Shown: positions 18,530-28,702, counted from the first letter of the stretch. The stretch: 42,408 bases of DNA from Bdellovibrionales bacterium (GCA_041690295.1 JAWLHR010000024.1:1-42408), one strand, 5' to 3'. Numbers and translations are program-made. The notes: generated by a model not told the origin, from the letters alone.

Positions 18530-19276
18530 TTAGAAATTGATACCGAGGATTCCCAGCACCGTCCAGGTGTCCCCATTGGGATATTTTCCGGTGGGTTCGC
18601 CGCCCTGATTAAACACAATTTGTGTATTTTCGTTGGCGAAGTTGACCATCTGGTACATACCCTGCGCGCCGAAATACATCTTGTTTCGCATCATCGGCAG
18701 CTCGATTCCCAAGCCGAAGTTGAAGGCCATGGCGCCTTCACGGCCGAATCCCGAAACGCCGTCGATGTGGGTGGTGCGGTCGATGCGTCCGAAGCCGCCG
18801 ATGAAATACGGATTGAAACGCGCCAATCCCTTGGTCACGTTTTGCGTGTTAACGTAATACTTCACATCGATCGCGAAATTGGTAAGGCTCACGTTACCGC
18901 GGGCGGTTTGACCACTCGGTGAGGTCAGCGAAAATGTATGGTCCGAAGTCAAAAAACTGAACTGAAGCGCGAAACGAAGATCAAAAAAGTAGCTTAAGTA
19001 AAGTCCGAAAGCGGGCGCCATTTTGTACATGGTTCCCATGCCGCCCGTGAAACCCCGGCTGCCTCCGGTGAAACCGATGGTGATGAAACGGCCGTTACGG
19101 AAAAAGTTGATGTCCGCTTCTTCTTCCTGGGCTTCGTCGAATTCGGAATAGTCGGCGAAGGGGTCATAGGTGTCATCGGCATCGAATTGGGCCACCAGGG
19201 GACCGAGCTGATCCGCCCCCGCGTTGGCGCTCCAAATGCACACGCCAAAAATCAATAATGCGATCCCCATCCTCAT
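18530..19276 (-). CDS. Outer-membrane beta-barrel protein (small OmpA-like barrel) with acidic N-terminal segment
   Basis: Signal peptide MRMGIALLIFGVCIWSANAGA, amphipathic strands (NPYFIGGFG) and C-terminal Phe (GILGINF). A GGAGAGG RBS precedes ATG 19276. Confidence 0.85.
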   Translation of the reverse strand: MRMGIALLIFGVCIWSANAGADQLGPLVAQFDADDTYDPFADYSEFDEAQEEEADINFFRNGRFITIGFTGGSRGFTGGMGTMYKMAPAFGLYLSYFFDLRFALQFSFLTSDHTFSLTSPSGQTARGNVSLTNFAIDVKYYVNTQNVTKGLARFNPYFIGGFGRIDRTTHIDGVSGFGREGAMAFNFGLGIELPMMRNKMYFGAQGMYQMVNFANENTQIVFNQGGEPTGKYPNGDTWTVLGILGINF

Positions 19277-19425
19277 GAACTCACCTCTCCAAATTAAATT
19301 AAGCCACAACTCGCACGGGATACCAAAAGGATTCGCCAAAGTATCGACTTGAGACAGGCCCAAATGGTTGTAATTGCTGGTCGGGTTTGGTATTTCAAGG
19401 CTCTCGTCTATAACAGGGAGTTCGA

Positions 19426-20451
19426 GTGGCCATCGATTACAAGCAGGCCGGTGTCGATGTCGAGGCTGGAGATGCCTTGGTGGACTGGCTGAAAGCCACA
19501 GCTCCTTCGCGATGGCCGCATCAAGAACGGTTGGTTGAAGGCATTGGCGGGTTCGCGGCTCTGTTTCGAGCCGATTTCAAAGAATACGAAGAACCCTGTC
19601 TCGTGAGTTGCACCGATGGTGTGGGCACCAAGATCAAGTTGGCCGTTCAATTTGACAGTTATCGCGAAGTTGCTCAGGATTTAGTCGCAATGTGTGTCAA
19701 TGACCTGGTGTGCACGGGCGCCAAACCGCTGTTTTTTCTCGATTATTATGCTTCAGGTCGATTGCGCTTACCCGCCGCCAAAGAATTCCTCGATGGAGTA
19801 AGGACCGCTTGCCTGGAATCCGAGTGCGCCTTGATCGGTGGTGAGACCGCCGAGATGCCGGGACTTTACGAAGGAAATGACTTTGATGCCGCGGGTTTCG
19901 CCGTGGGTGTGGTGGATCGCAAGAAGGCTTTGGGTTCTCACCGGGTCAAGCCCGGTATGAAATTACTGGGCTTAAGCAGCACAGGGTTTCATAGCAATGG
20001 TTTTTCACTGTTGAGAAAGCTCTTCGCGTCCGACCTCGAATCGTGGAGGGATGAACTTCTCCGTCCGACCGCGCTTTACGTGCGGGTGGTGCAAGCCGCA
20101 TTGGCCAAATCCAGTGGATTGCAGGCGGTGGCTCATATCACCGGCGGAGGAATGGATAATATTCCGCGCGTTCTTCCCGAAGGCGCTTTCGCCCGCATCA
20201 AGCCTTGGCCGGTGCCCGCGCCCTTTTTGGAAGTTAAAAAACGCTCAGGTCAGGCTTGGATGCCGCTTTTGAAAACCTTGAACTGCGGCGTGGGAATGGT
20301 TTGGGTGGTCACACCTGAGTCCGCCGACGAATTGAAGACCGTGATCACGTCCCATGGGTTTCGCGCCTTTAATTTGGGTGAAGTCGTGGAAGGTGAGCGC
20401 CCGGACGGTTGGGAACTCACGGATCCCCATTGGGAGGGCCTGGACACATGA
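19426..20451 (+). CDS. purM: AIR synthetase
   Basis: YKQAGVD, TDGVGTK, GGETAEMPG, HSNGFSL, HITGGG. Confidence 0.97.
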   Translation: MAIDYKQAGVDVEAGDALVDWLKATAPSRWPHQERLVEGIGGFAALFRADFKEYEEPCLVSCTDGVGTKIKLAVQFDSYREVAQDLVAMCVNDLVCTGAKPLFFLDYYASGRLRLPAAKEFLDGVRTACLESECALIGGETAEMPGLYEGNDFDAAGFAVGVVDRKKALGSHRVKPGMKLLGLSSTGFHSNGFSLLRKLFASDLESWRDELLRPTALYVRVVQAALAKSSGLQAVAHITGGGMDNIPRVLPEGAFARIKPWPVPAPFLEVKKRSGQAWMPLLKTLNCGVGMVWVVTPESADELKTVITSHGFRAFNLGEVVEGERPDGWELTDPHWEGLDT

Positions 20452-21647
20452 GCCAATGGCGCGTCAACATGGTCACCGCGTTCGGCCGTGGCGAAGCTTT
20501 GGCGATGGCGCTTCAGGAAAAAGATTTCGACGTTCACATTTTCGATTTAACCCAGGCGTTTCCTTTGGAGTTTCACCGCGGGGTCGGACCGTTTCCCATT
20601 CCTCAACAGGCCTACCTGGGAACCCACCTTTACTATTTTTCGATGGGTGAGATTCTGCCTAAAGGTTTCACGGTTTGGTTGAATGAAGGTCCACTGGAGT
20701 TCGCGGGACCCATGGCGCAGTTTTACGCCACCTACAATGAGGCCTTCCGTGTGGCGGTTCAAGGAAAGCCAAGCGCACAATTCAAAGACGATTGGTTGCG
20801 ACGGCTGCTGCGCAATTGGATCTCACCTTATCACCATGAGCCCTGGATGCTCGATTCTGGTGAACCTTTCCCGGTGGCGCATCCCTTGGTTCTCATCTCG
20901 CGGCCGAGAGAAAAATCGGCCATGGGATTTGATCGTTTGCAAGGCAAAGGCAATTACCACGAATGCAGCCGGATCGTGGATTTGCAAATCGAGTCGGGGC
21001 GTTTACAGGAAATGGAAGTCACCATCGGCAAGGACATGGGGGTCACGGCACCCCAGTGGATCTGGTGTCTCTCCAGTGAAGAAACCGAAATGATCAATCC
21101 CCATGTGGCCGAAGTTTTGTTCTCTCGGGATATCCGCCGCGCCGAATGGGTTTGGATCAAAATGGATGGTCGGGCGGAACGTGGACCTTGGAACGACGGT
21201 TTCGCCAAATACCTGATGGTGGTCAATGACATCCATTTACCATGGGTTTACGCCAACGCTTTTATTCTGGAGTGGTTGGATAAAGAGAATTTCTCAATCT
21301 GGCTGAAAGTGCCCAGTGGAAGCGCGCGCGACGATCATAAGCGCTCCGAATGGGCTGAGGACGTGGAAAAAAGCCTGAATGCGAGACTTAATCTCGCCAA
21401 GTGGAAGATCAGCGCCACGGCGTTTTCGATATGCCCGCACTCGCCGGTCTTTCCCAAACGGCAGAGTGAATGGAAGGAGCCGGGTTGGCGCAATTGGGAT
21501 TGGATCGCGCCTGAAACCATTTCCCGTTTGGACTTCGGCGCCCGCTTTCAACGGGAAGTGCAGTCGTTTCAGCGCCTGCTCGATTGGCGAGCCGATCAAC
21601 TTAAGAAACAAGGAGCCCAAAATGATCAAGCGCTACACGCGCCCTGA
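20448..21647 (+). CDS. Uncharacterised protein, possible degenerate FAD/NAD-binding (Rossmann) fold
   Basis: ATG 20448 overlaps the purM stop and the 3' end overlaps the purB start. The N-terminus VNMVTAFGRGEALAMALQEKDFDVHIFD has a beta-alpha-beta pattern. Confidence 0.75.
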   Translation: MSQWRVNMVTAFGRGEALAMALQEKDFDVHIFDLTQAFPLEFHRGVGPFPIPQQAYLGTHLYYFSMGEILPKGFTVWLNEGPLEFAGPMAQFYATYNEAFRVAVQGKPSAQFKDDWLRRLLRNWISPYHHEPWMLDSGEPFPVAHPLVLISRPREKSAMGFDRLQGKGNYHECSRIVDLQIESGRLQEMEVTIGKDMGVTAPQWIWCLSSEETEMINPHVAEVLFSRDIRRAEWVWIKMDGRAERGPWNDGFAKYLMVVNDIHLPWVYANAFILEWLDKENFSIWLKVPSGSARDDHKRSEWAEDVEKSLNARLNLAKWKISATAFSICPHSPVFPKRQSEWKEPGWRNWDWIAPETISRLDFGARFQREVQSFQRLLDWRADQLKKQGAQNDQALHAP

Positions 21648-22917
21648 GATGGGGGATCTTTGGACCGCTGAAGCCCGGTTTCAATGTTTAATGGAAGTGG
21701 AAATCGCGGTGGCCAAGGCTCAATCCGAGTTGGGCATCATTCCCGAAAAGGCTTACACGGACATCAAAAACAAAGCGCGCTTTTCCGTCAGCCGAATCAA
21801 CGAAATCGAAAAAACCACCCGTCATGATGTGATCGCCTTCGTGTCCAATCTGGCGGAAAATGTGGGGCCTTCGGGACGGTTTCTTCATTACGGAATGACT
21901 TCGTCGGACGTGCTCGACACCGCTTTGAGCGTGCAAGTGAAAAAAGCCGCGAAGGTCTTGAATAAAGGTTTCGAGCGGGTCGCCAATGCTCTTTCGCATT
22001 TGTCAAAAGAGCACAAACACACACTTTGCGCGGGGCGAACCCACGGCATGCACGCGGAAGCCACGACGTTCGGTTTTAAAATGGCCGGACATCTGGCGGA
22101 ATTCCGTCGCGCGCGCCTGAGAGTGGATCGGGCCATTGATCAAATGCTCATCGTAAAACTCAGCGGCGCGGTCGGCACCTATTCGACCCAGCCGCCGGAA
22201 GTTGAAAAACGCGTGGGTCAGGAATTGGGACTTCGCCCGGAAACGGTGGCCACGCAGGTGATCCCCAGGGACCGGCACGCCGAAATGATCTGGGCTCTGG
22301 CCATGACGGGGGCGGCGATTGAGCGATTGGCGGTTGAGCTTCGCCATCTGCAAAGAACGGAAGTCGGGGAAGTGGTCGAGAGTTTCGGCCGCGGCCAAAA
22401 AGGCTCAAGCGCCATGCCTCACAAGAAAAATCCGATCAGCGCGGAAAATCTGACCGGTATTTCCCGGCTTTTGCGCGCCAATGCGCAGGCGGCGATGGAA
22501 AACATCGCCCTTTGGCACGAACGGGACATTTCCCACTCCTCGGTGGAACGGGTGATCTTTCCCGATAGCTTCATTCTCGCCGATTACGCTTTGAACCGCT
22601 TGGGTGAACTGCTGGAAGGATTGGTGGTGAACAAAGAGCGCATGCTCGCCAATATGGATTTATCCCAGGGACAACTCTTTTCCAGCCAGGTTTTGCTGGC
22701 GTTGATCGATCGCGGACTGATCCGTGAGGATGCTTACCGCATGGTTCAGCGAGTCTGCCATGAACTCAAGCCCGGCGAGCGTTTGTATGATAAGCTGCTC
22801 GCGGATTCGGAAACGGGAAAACTTCTCGACGAGCAGATTTTGGCTCCGATTTTTTCCGGTGAACGCCAGCGCGCGCGCATCGAGGCGGTGATAGAAAAGG
22901 GAAGCGGTGATGAATAA
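21622..22917 (+). CDS. purB: Adenylosuccinate lyase
   Basis: MIKRY start with AGGAG RBS, RHDV, TSSD, GRTHG, signature GSSAMPHKKNP. Confidence 0.97.
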   Translation: MIKRYTRPEMGDLWTAEARFQCLMEVEIAVAKAQSELGIIPEKAYTDIKNKARFSVSRINEIEKTTRHDVIAFVSNLAENVGPSGRFLHYGMTSSDVLDTALSVQVKKAAKVLNKGFERVANALSHLSKEHKHTLCAGRTHGMHAEATTFGFKMAGHLAEFRRARLRVDRAIDQMLIVKLSGAVGTYSTQPPEVEKRVGQELGLRPETVATQVIPRDRHAEMIWALAMTGAAIERLAVELRHLQRTEVGEVVESFGRGQKGSSAMPHKKNPISAENLTGISRLLRANAQAAMENIALWHERDISHSSVERVIFPDSFILADYALNRLGELLEGLVVNKERMLANMDLSQGQLFSSQVLLALIDRGLIREDAYRMVQRVCHELKPGERLYDKLLADSETGKLLDEQILAPIFSGERQRARIEAVIEKGSGDE

Positions 22918-23635
22918 GGGCGAGCTTCTATATGAAGGCAAGGCGAAAAAAATCTTTTCAGTTCCCGGCCATGATGACGTGGTCTGGGTGGAGTACAAGG
23001 ATTCGCTGACCGCCTTCAACGCGCAGAAAAAATCCAGCTTCAGCGGCAAGGGCGAAATCAACGCCCGGATCACGGCGCTGATCTACGACCGACTCAACAA
23101 GGCGGGTATCGCCACCCATTTCGTGGAGTCGCGAGGCGATAAAGAGCTGATCTGCCGCAAGGTGAATATCGTGCCGCTGGAAGTGGTGACCCGGAATAGA
23201 CTCGCGGGCTCCACCGCGAAGAAATTGGGCAAAGAGGAAGGGACCCCGCTCAAAGAGCCGCTAGTGGAGTTTTACTACAAAGACGATCAGCTTGGTGATC
23301 CATTCGTGAGCGATGATCAGGCCTTGGTGATGGGCGCGGTTAAATCCCGTGCCGAGCTCGACGAGCTTCGCCGCGAAGCCCTTAAGGTCAACGACGTGTT
23401 GAAGCCGCTTTTTCAAGACGCGGGAATGGAATTGATTGATTTTAAACTGGAGTTCGGGCGAGATGAGCACGGGCGACTCTTACTGGCTGATGAAATTTCG
23501 CCGGACACCTGCCGGCTTTGGGATCTGAAAACTGGAGAAAAGCTGGATAAAGACCGTTTTCGCCGGGATCTGGGGCGGGTGGAAGAGTCCTACAGGGAAG
23601 TTTTGGAACGCTTGAGTAAAGGAGCGCGAGCATGA
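22910..23635 (+). CDS. purC: SAICAR synthetase
   Basis: LYEGKAK, PLEVVTRN, DFKLEFG, ADEISPDTCRLWD, DKDRFR. Confidence 0.97.
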   Translation: MNKGELLYEGKAKKIFSVPGHDDVVWVEYKDSLTAFNAQKKSSFSGKGEINARITALIYDRLNKAGIATHFVESRGDKELICRKVNIVPLEVVTRNRLAGSTAKKLGKEEGTPLKEPLVEFYYKDDQLGDPFVSDDQALVMGAVKSRAELDELRREALKVNDVLKPLFQDAGMELIDFKLEFGRDEHGRLLLADEISPDTCRLWDLKTGEKLDKDRFRRDLGRVEESYREVLERLSKGARA

Positions 23636-23874
23636 AGATCGGGGTTAAAATTTTACCGAAGAACGAAGTGCTGGATACCCAAGGGCGCGCGGTCGAGAGC
23701 ACATTGAAAGCCCATAAGAAAGATGTCTACCAGTGCCGGGTCGGAAAATACGTGCAATTGGAAATGGGGGATCTCGACGAGAAAAGCGCGCTCAGCAAAG
23801 CCAAAGAGATCGCCGAGTTCGTGCTCTATAATCCGCTCATTGAATCCTATGAATTGGAAGTGATCAAACAGTGA
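23632..23874 (+). CDS. purS: FGAM synthase subunit PurS
   Basis: 80 aa with VLDTQG, RVGK and NPLIE, between purC and purQ. Confidence 0.93.
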   Translation: MKIGVKILPKNEVLDTQGRAVESTLKAHKKDVYQCRVGKYVQLEMGDLDEKSALSKAKEIAEFVLYNPLIESYELEVIKQ

Positions 23875-24521
23875 AGGCCAAGGTTGGAATCGTACGATTT
23901 TTAGGAACGAATTGCGATCGCGATGTTTATCAGGCGGTCGCGGACATCGACCTGCGGCCGGAGTGGTTGTGGTTCGAGGATCAGTTCGATCCCAAGGAAT
24001 TTTCAGGCTTTATTTTGCCCGGCGGATTTTCTTACGGGGATTACCTTCGTTGCGGCGCCTTGGCCGCGAAAGCGCCGGTGATGAAGTCCATTCATGAGGC
24101 GGCGGGAAAAGGTTATCCGGTCCTGGGGATTTGCAATGGATTTCAAATTCTTTGCGAGGCCGGGTTATTGCCCGGCGCTTTGGTTCGCAATGAAAAACGC
24201 AAATTCATCGACCGTTGGGTGGAATTGAAACCGGAAACGCAAACCAAGTGGAGCTCCAAAGCGCGAGCGGTGATCCGCTTGCCGATCGCTCACGGCGAGG
24301 GCCGCTATTACGCGGAAGAAGCTGATTTGCAAAAGCTCTGGGATGGGGATCAGGTGTGGATGACCTATCGGGAAAATCCCAACGGTTCGTTGCAAAACAT
24401 CGCCGGTGTGACCAACAAAAATAAAAATGTCTGCGGTCTGATGCCCCATCCGGAAAGAGCCATGCATGAATGGATGGGCGGTTCGGACGGGCGCGTGATT
24501 ATGGAGAGCCTTTTAGGCTGA
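23871..24521 (+). CDS. purQ: FGAM synthase glutaminase subunit PurQ
   Basis: PGGFSYGDYLR, GICNGFQ, AHGEG, MPHPER. Confidence 0.97.
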   Translation: MKAKVGIVRFLGTNCDRDVYQAVADIDLRPEWLWFEDQFDPKEFSGFILPGGFSYGDYLRCGALAAKAPVMKSIHEAAGKGYPVLGICNGFQILCEAGLLPGALVRNEKRKFIDRWVELKPETQTKWSSKARAVIRLPIAHGEGRYYAEEADLQKLWDGDQVWMTYRENPNGSLQNIAGVTNKNKNVCGLMPHPERAMHEWMGGSDGRVIMESLLG

Positions 24522-24523
24522 GA

Positions 24524-26665
24524 ATGATGTCGGAACTGGATGCCAAATTAAAAAAATATCGATTATCCCGGGACGAATACCGGCGCATGGAAGAATTGCT
24601 CGGCCGCGCCCCACAAGGTGTGGAGTGGGCCTTGTTCTCGGCGCTTTGGAGCGAACATTGTTCTTATAAAAGCTCAAAGGTGCACTTGCGCAAGTTCGCT
24701 TTTAAATCCCCACGCGTTTTACAAAGCATGGGCGAAAACGCCGGTGTGATTGATCTTGGACAGGGTGAAAAGGTGGCGTTCAAGATGGAAAGCCACAACC
24801 ACCCGAGTTTCATCGAACCTTATCAGGGCGCGGCCACCGGAGTGGGTGGAATCTTGCGCGACATTTTCACCATGGGCGCGCGTCCCATCGCATTGGCTAA
24901 TTATCTTTGTTTCGGTGAACCTTCCGCGCCTCGCATGTCCGCCTTGGTGGACGGAGTGGTGGCGGGAATCGCCGGATACGGGAACTGTGTGGGTGTGCCC
25001 ACGATCACTGGGCAGACGGAATTTCATTCGAGCTATAACAACAATATTTTAGTGAACGCTTTGGCTGTGGGATTGTTCGCCGGCGACGATCCGGTGGTGA
25101 CGTCACAGGCCAAGGGTTCGGGCAATCTGGTGGTTTATGTAGGCGCGAAAACCGGACGCGACGGTGTCCACGGCGCGAGCATGGCCAGTGAATCCTTCGA
25201 TGAGGACAGTGAAAGCAAGCGTCCCACCGTACAGATCGGTGACCCGTTCTATGAAAAGCTCCTGATCGAAAGCTGCCTAGAAGTGATGAAGCGTGACCTG
25301 GTCGTGGCCATTCAGGATATGGGCGCCGCCGGTCTCACCAGCTCAAGCTTTGAAATGGCGGCCAAAGGGGGCGTGGGCTTCCGCATTCACCTGGATCGGG
25401 TTCCGCTCAGGGATTCAACGGTCGGACCGGAAGAGATTCTGCTTTCGGAAAGCCAGGAGCGCATGCTTCTCATTTGCGAGCCGTCCAAGTTCGATGCGGT
25501 TAAAGAAGTTTTCCATCACTGGGGCCTTGATGCCCAGGCGCTGGGTGAAGTTTGGGATGGACCTGAAATCGAACTTTACTGGCGCGGCGATTTAATTTGC
25601 AAAATCGATCCGCGACTTTTGACCGACAATGCGCCGGTTTATGAGCGGCCTTACCATCCGTGGACGCCGAAAAATAAAAAAGCGAAACTGTCCGCGCCGG
25701 AACTGAATTTACCGGAAATCTTAAGCTCCATCGAAGGCACTTCCCGTCGTTGGATTTACGAACAATACGATCAGCGCGTGGGCGCGAAAACGGTTCGCGA
25801 TTGCGAAGATTCGGTGGCGGTGGTGCGTTTGCCTTCGGGGCGCGGATTGGGTTTGGTCCTTGGCGCTCGTCCCCACGTAATGCGGGTTGATGCTCAAATT
25901 GGCGGTTACGATGCGGCTTTTTATCCGGCTCTTGAACTTGCGGCGAAAGGCTTTCAGCCGTTGGCGCTTACCGACTGCTTGAACTTCGGTAATCCTGAAA
26001 AACCGGAGATCATGAGTGAATTCGTCGCCGCGGTGGAAGCTTTGGCGAAAGCGTCCAAGACCCTCGATGCACCGGTGATCAGCGGGAACGTGAGCTTTTA
26101 CAACGAAACCATGGGACAAAACATCACTTCCACTCCCGCCACCGGCATGGTCGGGCTTCGTGATGAAGTTTTAAAGATTCCGCGATCGCATTTCACCATA
26201 GCGGGCGACAATGTCTACTTACTCCGGCTTCCGGGTGTTGAGCTTCTGGGCGATCAAATGGGTCGCTCGCAGGGATTTACCGGTGATTTGGACGTCAATA
26301 AGGTCACCCAGTTCATCGCCACGGTCAAAGATTTGGCGCTTACCGATTCAGTTCACGCCACGCGGGTTTGCGGAAAATTCGGTTTGGCTTATGCCCTTTA
26401 TCGGATGTGCACGGACACGTTGGGTGTTAACGTCGGTTCGGACATGGATTGGACCAAGGAAAAGCTTTACGAAGTCATCTTCGTGGGGACCGACGCTTTG
26501 GAAGGGTCATTGCAAAAGGCGGCGTCGACAATCGGAGCTGAATGTCTTAAACTGGGTTCGGTCCAAGAGAAGACCTTTGTTTTAGGTAAGCGGTCCTTCG
26601 ACCTCGCTCAATTGCATCAGTCTTATCGCAACGGATGGAGAATGCACTTTGGCCAGTTGGCGTGA
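24524..26665 (+). CDS. purL: FGAM synthase subunit PurL (small type)
   Basis: WSEHCSYKSS, ESHNHPS, DMGAAGL, SESQERM, DCLNFGNPE, SGNVSFYNE. Confidence 0.97.
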   Translation: MMSELDAKLKKYRLSRDEYRRMEELLGRAPQGVEWALFSALWSEHCSYKSSKVHLRKFAFKSPRVLQSMGENAGVIDLGQGEKVAFKMESHNHPSFIEPYQGAATGVGGILRDIFTMGARPIALANYLCFGEPSAPRMSALVDGVVAGIAGYGNCVGVPTITGQTEFHSSYNNNILVNALAVGLFAGDDPVVTSQAKGSGNLVVYVGAKTGRDGVHGASMASESFDEDSESKRPTVQIGDPFYEKLLIESCLEVMKRDLVVAIQDMGAAGLTSSSFEMAAKGGVGFRIHLDRVPLRDSTVGPEEILLSESQERMLLICEPSKFDAVKEVFHHWGLDAQALGEVWDGPEIELYWRGDLICKIDPRLLTDNAPVYERPYHPWTPKNKKAKLSAPELNLPEILSSIEGTSRRWIYEQYDQRVGAKTVRDCEDSVAVVRLPSGRGLGLVLGARPHVMRVDAQIGGYDAAFYPALELAAKGFQPLALTDCLNFGNPEKPEIMSEFVAAVEALAKASKTLDAPVISGNVSFYNETMGQNITSTPATGMVGLRDEVLKIPRSHFTIAGDNVYLLRLPGVELLGDQMGRSQGFTGDLDVNKVTQFIATVKDLALTDSVHATRVCGKFGLAYALYRMCTDTLGVNVGSDMDWTKEKLYEVIFVGTDALEGSLQKAASTIGAECLKLGSVQEKTFVLGKRSFDLAQLHQSYRNGWRMHFGQLA

Positions 26666-28016
26666 AGAGTGTGCCGTATTCGGTGTGTGGGGTGACCCGG
26701 AATCGGGTCGCATGACCTATTTGGGCCTCTACGCCCAACAACACCGGGGTCAGGAATCCGCCGGAATCGTTTCCCTCAAAGATGGTGATCACGTCGTCCA
26801 TAAAGGCATGGGCCTTGTGGGCGATGTTTTCAAGGAATCCGATCTGATTCGATTGGACGGCTCAGCGGCCATTGGCCACACCCGTTACTCCACCACGGGC
26901 GCCAGTCAAACAGATAATATCCAACCCTTGGCGGCGCACCTTTTAAACGGCCCAATCGCGCTGGCTCACAATGGAAACATCGTCAATTCGGATGAATTGC
27001 GCAACGAACTCAAAGCCGAGGGCGCCATTTTCCAAGGCACCAACGACACGGAATGTTTGCTTCACATGCTGGCTCGTATTCCATCGAATGACATCATCAC
27101 TTGCTTGAAAGAGGCACTGCCGCGATTGGTGGGGGCGTACTCATTGGTGTTGCTGACCCATGACCGGTTAGTGGCGGCCCGTGACCCTTACGGTTTCCGT
27201 CCTCTGGTTCTCGGTCGGCGGCCGCTGGGTGATGGAACTTCAAGCTGGGTGATCGCTTCGGAAACCTGTGCTTTTGATCTGATCGGCGCCAAGTTCGTGC
27301 GCGAGATCGAGCCGGGAGAAATCGTTTGGATCGACAACACCGGCGAACATCGTGACCGCATTCCGGGAGAAACCAAGCGTCTGGCGAAATGTGTTTTCGA
27401 GCATGTTTACTTCGCCCGACCCGATTCACAGGTCTTTGGCCTTAGCGTTTATGAATCACGCAAACGCATGGGTGAGATCTTGGCGGAAGAAAGTCCGGTC
27501 GACGCCGATCTAGTGGTTCCGGTTCCGGATAGCGGAGTTCCCGCGGCCATTGGTTTTTCGCGCAAAAGCGGAATCCCGTTCGAGCTTGGCATTATTCGCA
27601 ATCACTATATCGGGCGTACGTTCATTCAACCGTCGCAAAGTATTCGCAGTTTCGGCGTGAAGATTAAACTGAATCCACAATCGGAAGTGCTTAAAGGAAA
27701 GCGTGTGGTGGTTGTGGATGACTCGCTTGTGAGAGGAACCACCAGCCAAAAAATCATTCGTTTGGTCCGCCAAGCCGGGGCCAAGGAAGTTCATTTTCGA
27801 ATCGCCTCTCCACCGACCACCGGGCCTTGCTATTACGGGGTCGACACTCCCGGCAAAGCGCAGTTGATCGCTTCGCAACACACGCTGGAAGAGATCCGCG
27901 AGTTTATTGACGCGGACACATTGGCTTATCTTTCAGTCGATGGGATGATGCGCGCGGTTCGCGGGAGTAAAAACGAATTTTGTGCCGCTTGTTTTGACGG
28001 CAACTATCCCACTTAG
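26649..28016 (+). CDS. purF: Amidophosphoribosyltransferase
   Basis: Short propeptide followed by Cys (EECAVFG), QHRGQESAG, PRT motif VVVDDSLVRGTT, Fe-S Cys residues (CYYG, CAACF). Confidence 0.97.
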   Translation: MASWREECAVFGVWGDPESGRMTYLGLYAQQHRGQESAGIVSLKDGDHVVHKGMGLVGDVFKESDLIRLDGSAAIGHTRYSTTGASQTDNIQPLAAHLLNGPIALAHNGNIVNSDELRNELKAEGAIFQGTNDTECLLHMLARIPSNDIITCLKEALPRLVGAYSLVLLTHDRLVAARDPYGFRPLVLGRRPLGDGTSSWVIASETCAFDLIGAKFVREIEPGEIVWIDNTGEHRDRIPGETKRLAKCVFEHVYFARPDSQVFGLSVYESRKRMGEILAEESPVDADLVVPVPDSGVPAAIGFSRKSGIPFELGIIRNHYIGRTFIQPSQSIRSFGVKIKLNPQSEVLKGKRVVVVDDSLVRGTTSQKIIRLVRQAGAKEVHFRIASPPTTGPCYYGVDTPGKAQLIASQHTLEEIREFIDADTLAYLSVDGMMRAVRGSKNEFCAACFDGNYPT

Positions 28017-28606
28017 CGGACAACGTCCGCTTCGCTATCCATAAAGAAACCACCGGATCCCAAACTCTCGTCATTTTCGGGTTCAGGCGCGGGAGCGGAA
28101 GAGGGCACCGGTGCTGGCGGTCTTGGTCTTTGGGTTAGGACAAGAGGGAAATCAGGAATGACCGCGGCTCTCACCTGGGCGCATCGCACACGGGGCGCCG
28201 GATGAGGTGGAGAGGCGGGAGCATCCATGGGACCGAATGATCGGCAAATCGCCCGCGCCACGGACTCCGTCAACCAACCTTCCGTCACCGCTTGTGTGAT
28301 GGCGAATTTATCCGCGTCCAATTCTCTAAGCCTTCCGTGATTGTGTCCACATTCATGATAAAAAATGAACTTTTGCACCGCCGGTGAAAGTTGGCGGACA
28401 AGCCGTAAATTGATCTCGATGAGAGAGCGCCCATAATAACCGGAGCTGGCCGCCGCCTCGCTGGGAATGGAGTTATTGATGCGGATTTCGGAGCCAGGGC
28501 ATTCCAGACGTTCGCCATCGATTTCGACGGCTTCACCGTTTATAACTGTTAATGGCCAGGCCGGGATGGGGAGTAAGAAGGCCAATAAAAAGCCATAGGC
28601 TCTCAT
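28013..28606 (-). CDS. Exported HExxH zinc-metallopeptidase-like protein with Pro-rich tail
   Basis: Signal peptide MRAYGFLLAFLLPIPAWP, FIFYHECGH, ELDADKFA, HP..RVR. Confidence 0.72.
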   Translation of the reverse strand: MRAYGFLLAFLLPIPAWPLTVINGEAVEIDGERLECPGSEIRINNSIPSEAAASSGYYGRSLIEINLRLVRQLSPAVQKFIFYHECGHNHGRLRELDADKFAITQAVTEGWLTESVARAICRSFGPMDAPASPPHPAPRVRCAQVRAAVIPDFPLVLTQRPRPPAPVPSSAPAPEPENDESLGSGGFFMDSEADVVR

Positions 28607-28619
28607 AAGTACTGGAAAA

Positions 28620-28635
28620 AGCACCCCTTGTGCCA
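28620..28635 (-). promoter_or_regulatory. sigma54 promoter-like motif for 28013..28606
   Basis: Minus strand TGGCACAAGGGGTGCT (TGGCAC-N6-TGCT, exact GG/GC spacing). An IHF-like TGTCAA-AATC-TTA lies at 28674..28686. Confidence 0.6.
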
Positions 28636-28702
28636 ATTTGAGATGGCTTATAACGGGGGTGGGTCTTGGGAGATGTCAAAATCTTAGGTTGATGTTGAAC
28701 AT

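Noticed and set aside
21379..21621. N-terminal extensions in the ORF track for purB (also tsaE, mnmA, purL, TgpA-like, OMP)
   Set aside because: Downstream starts fit the family N-termini, RBS positions and stop/start overlaps better.
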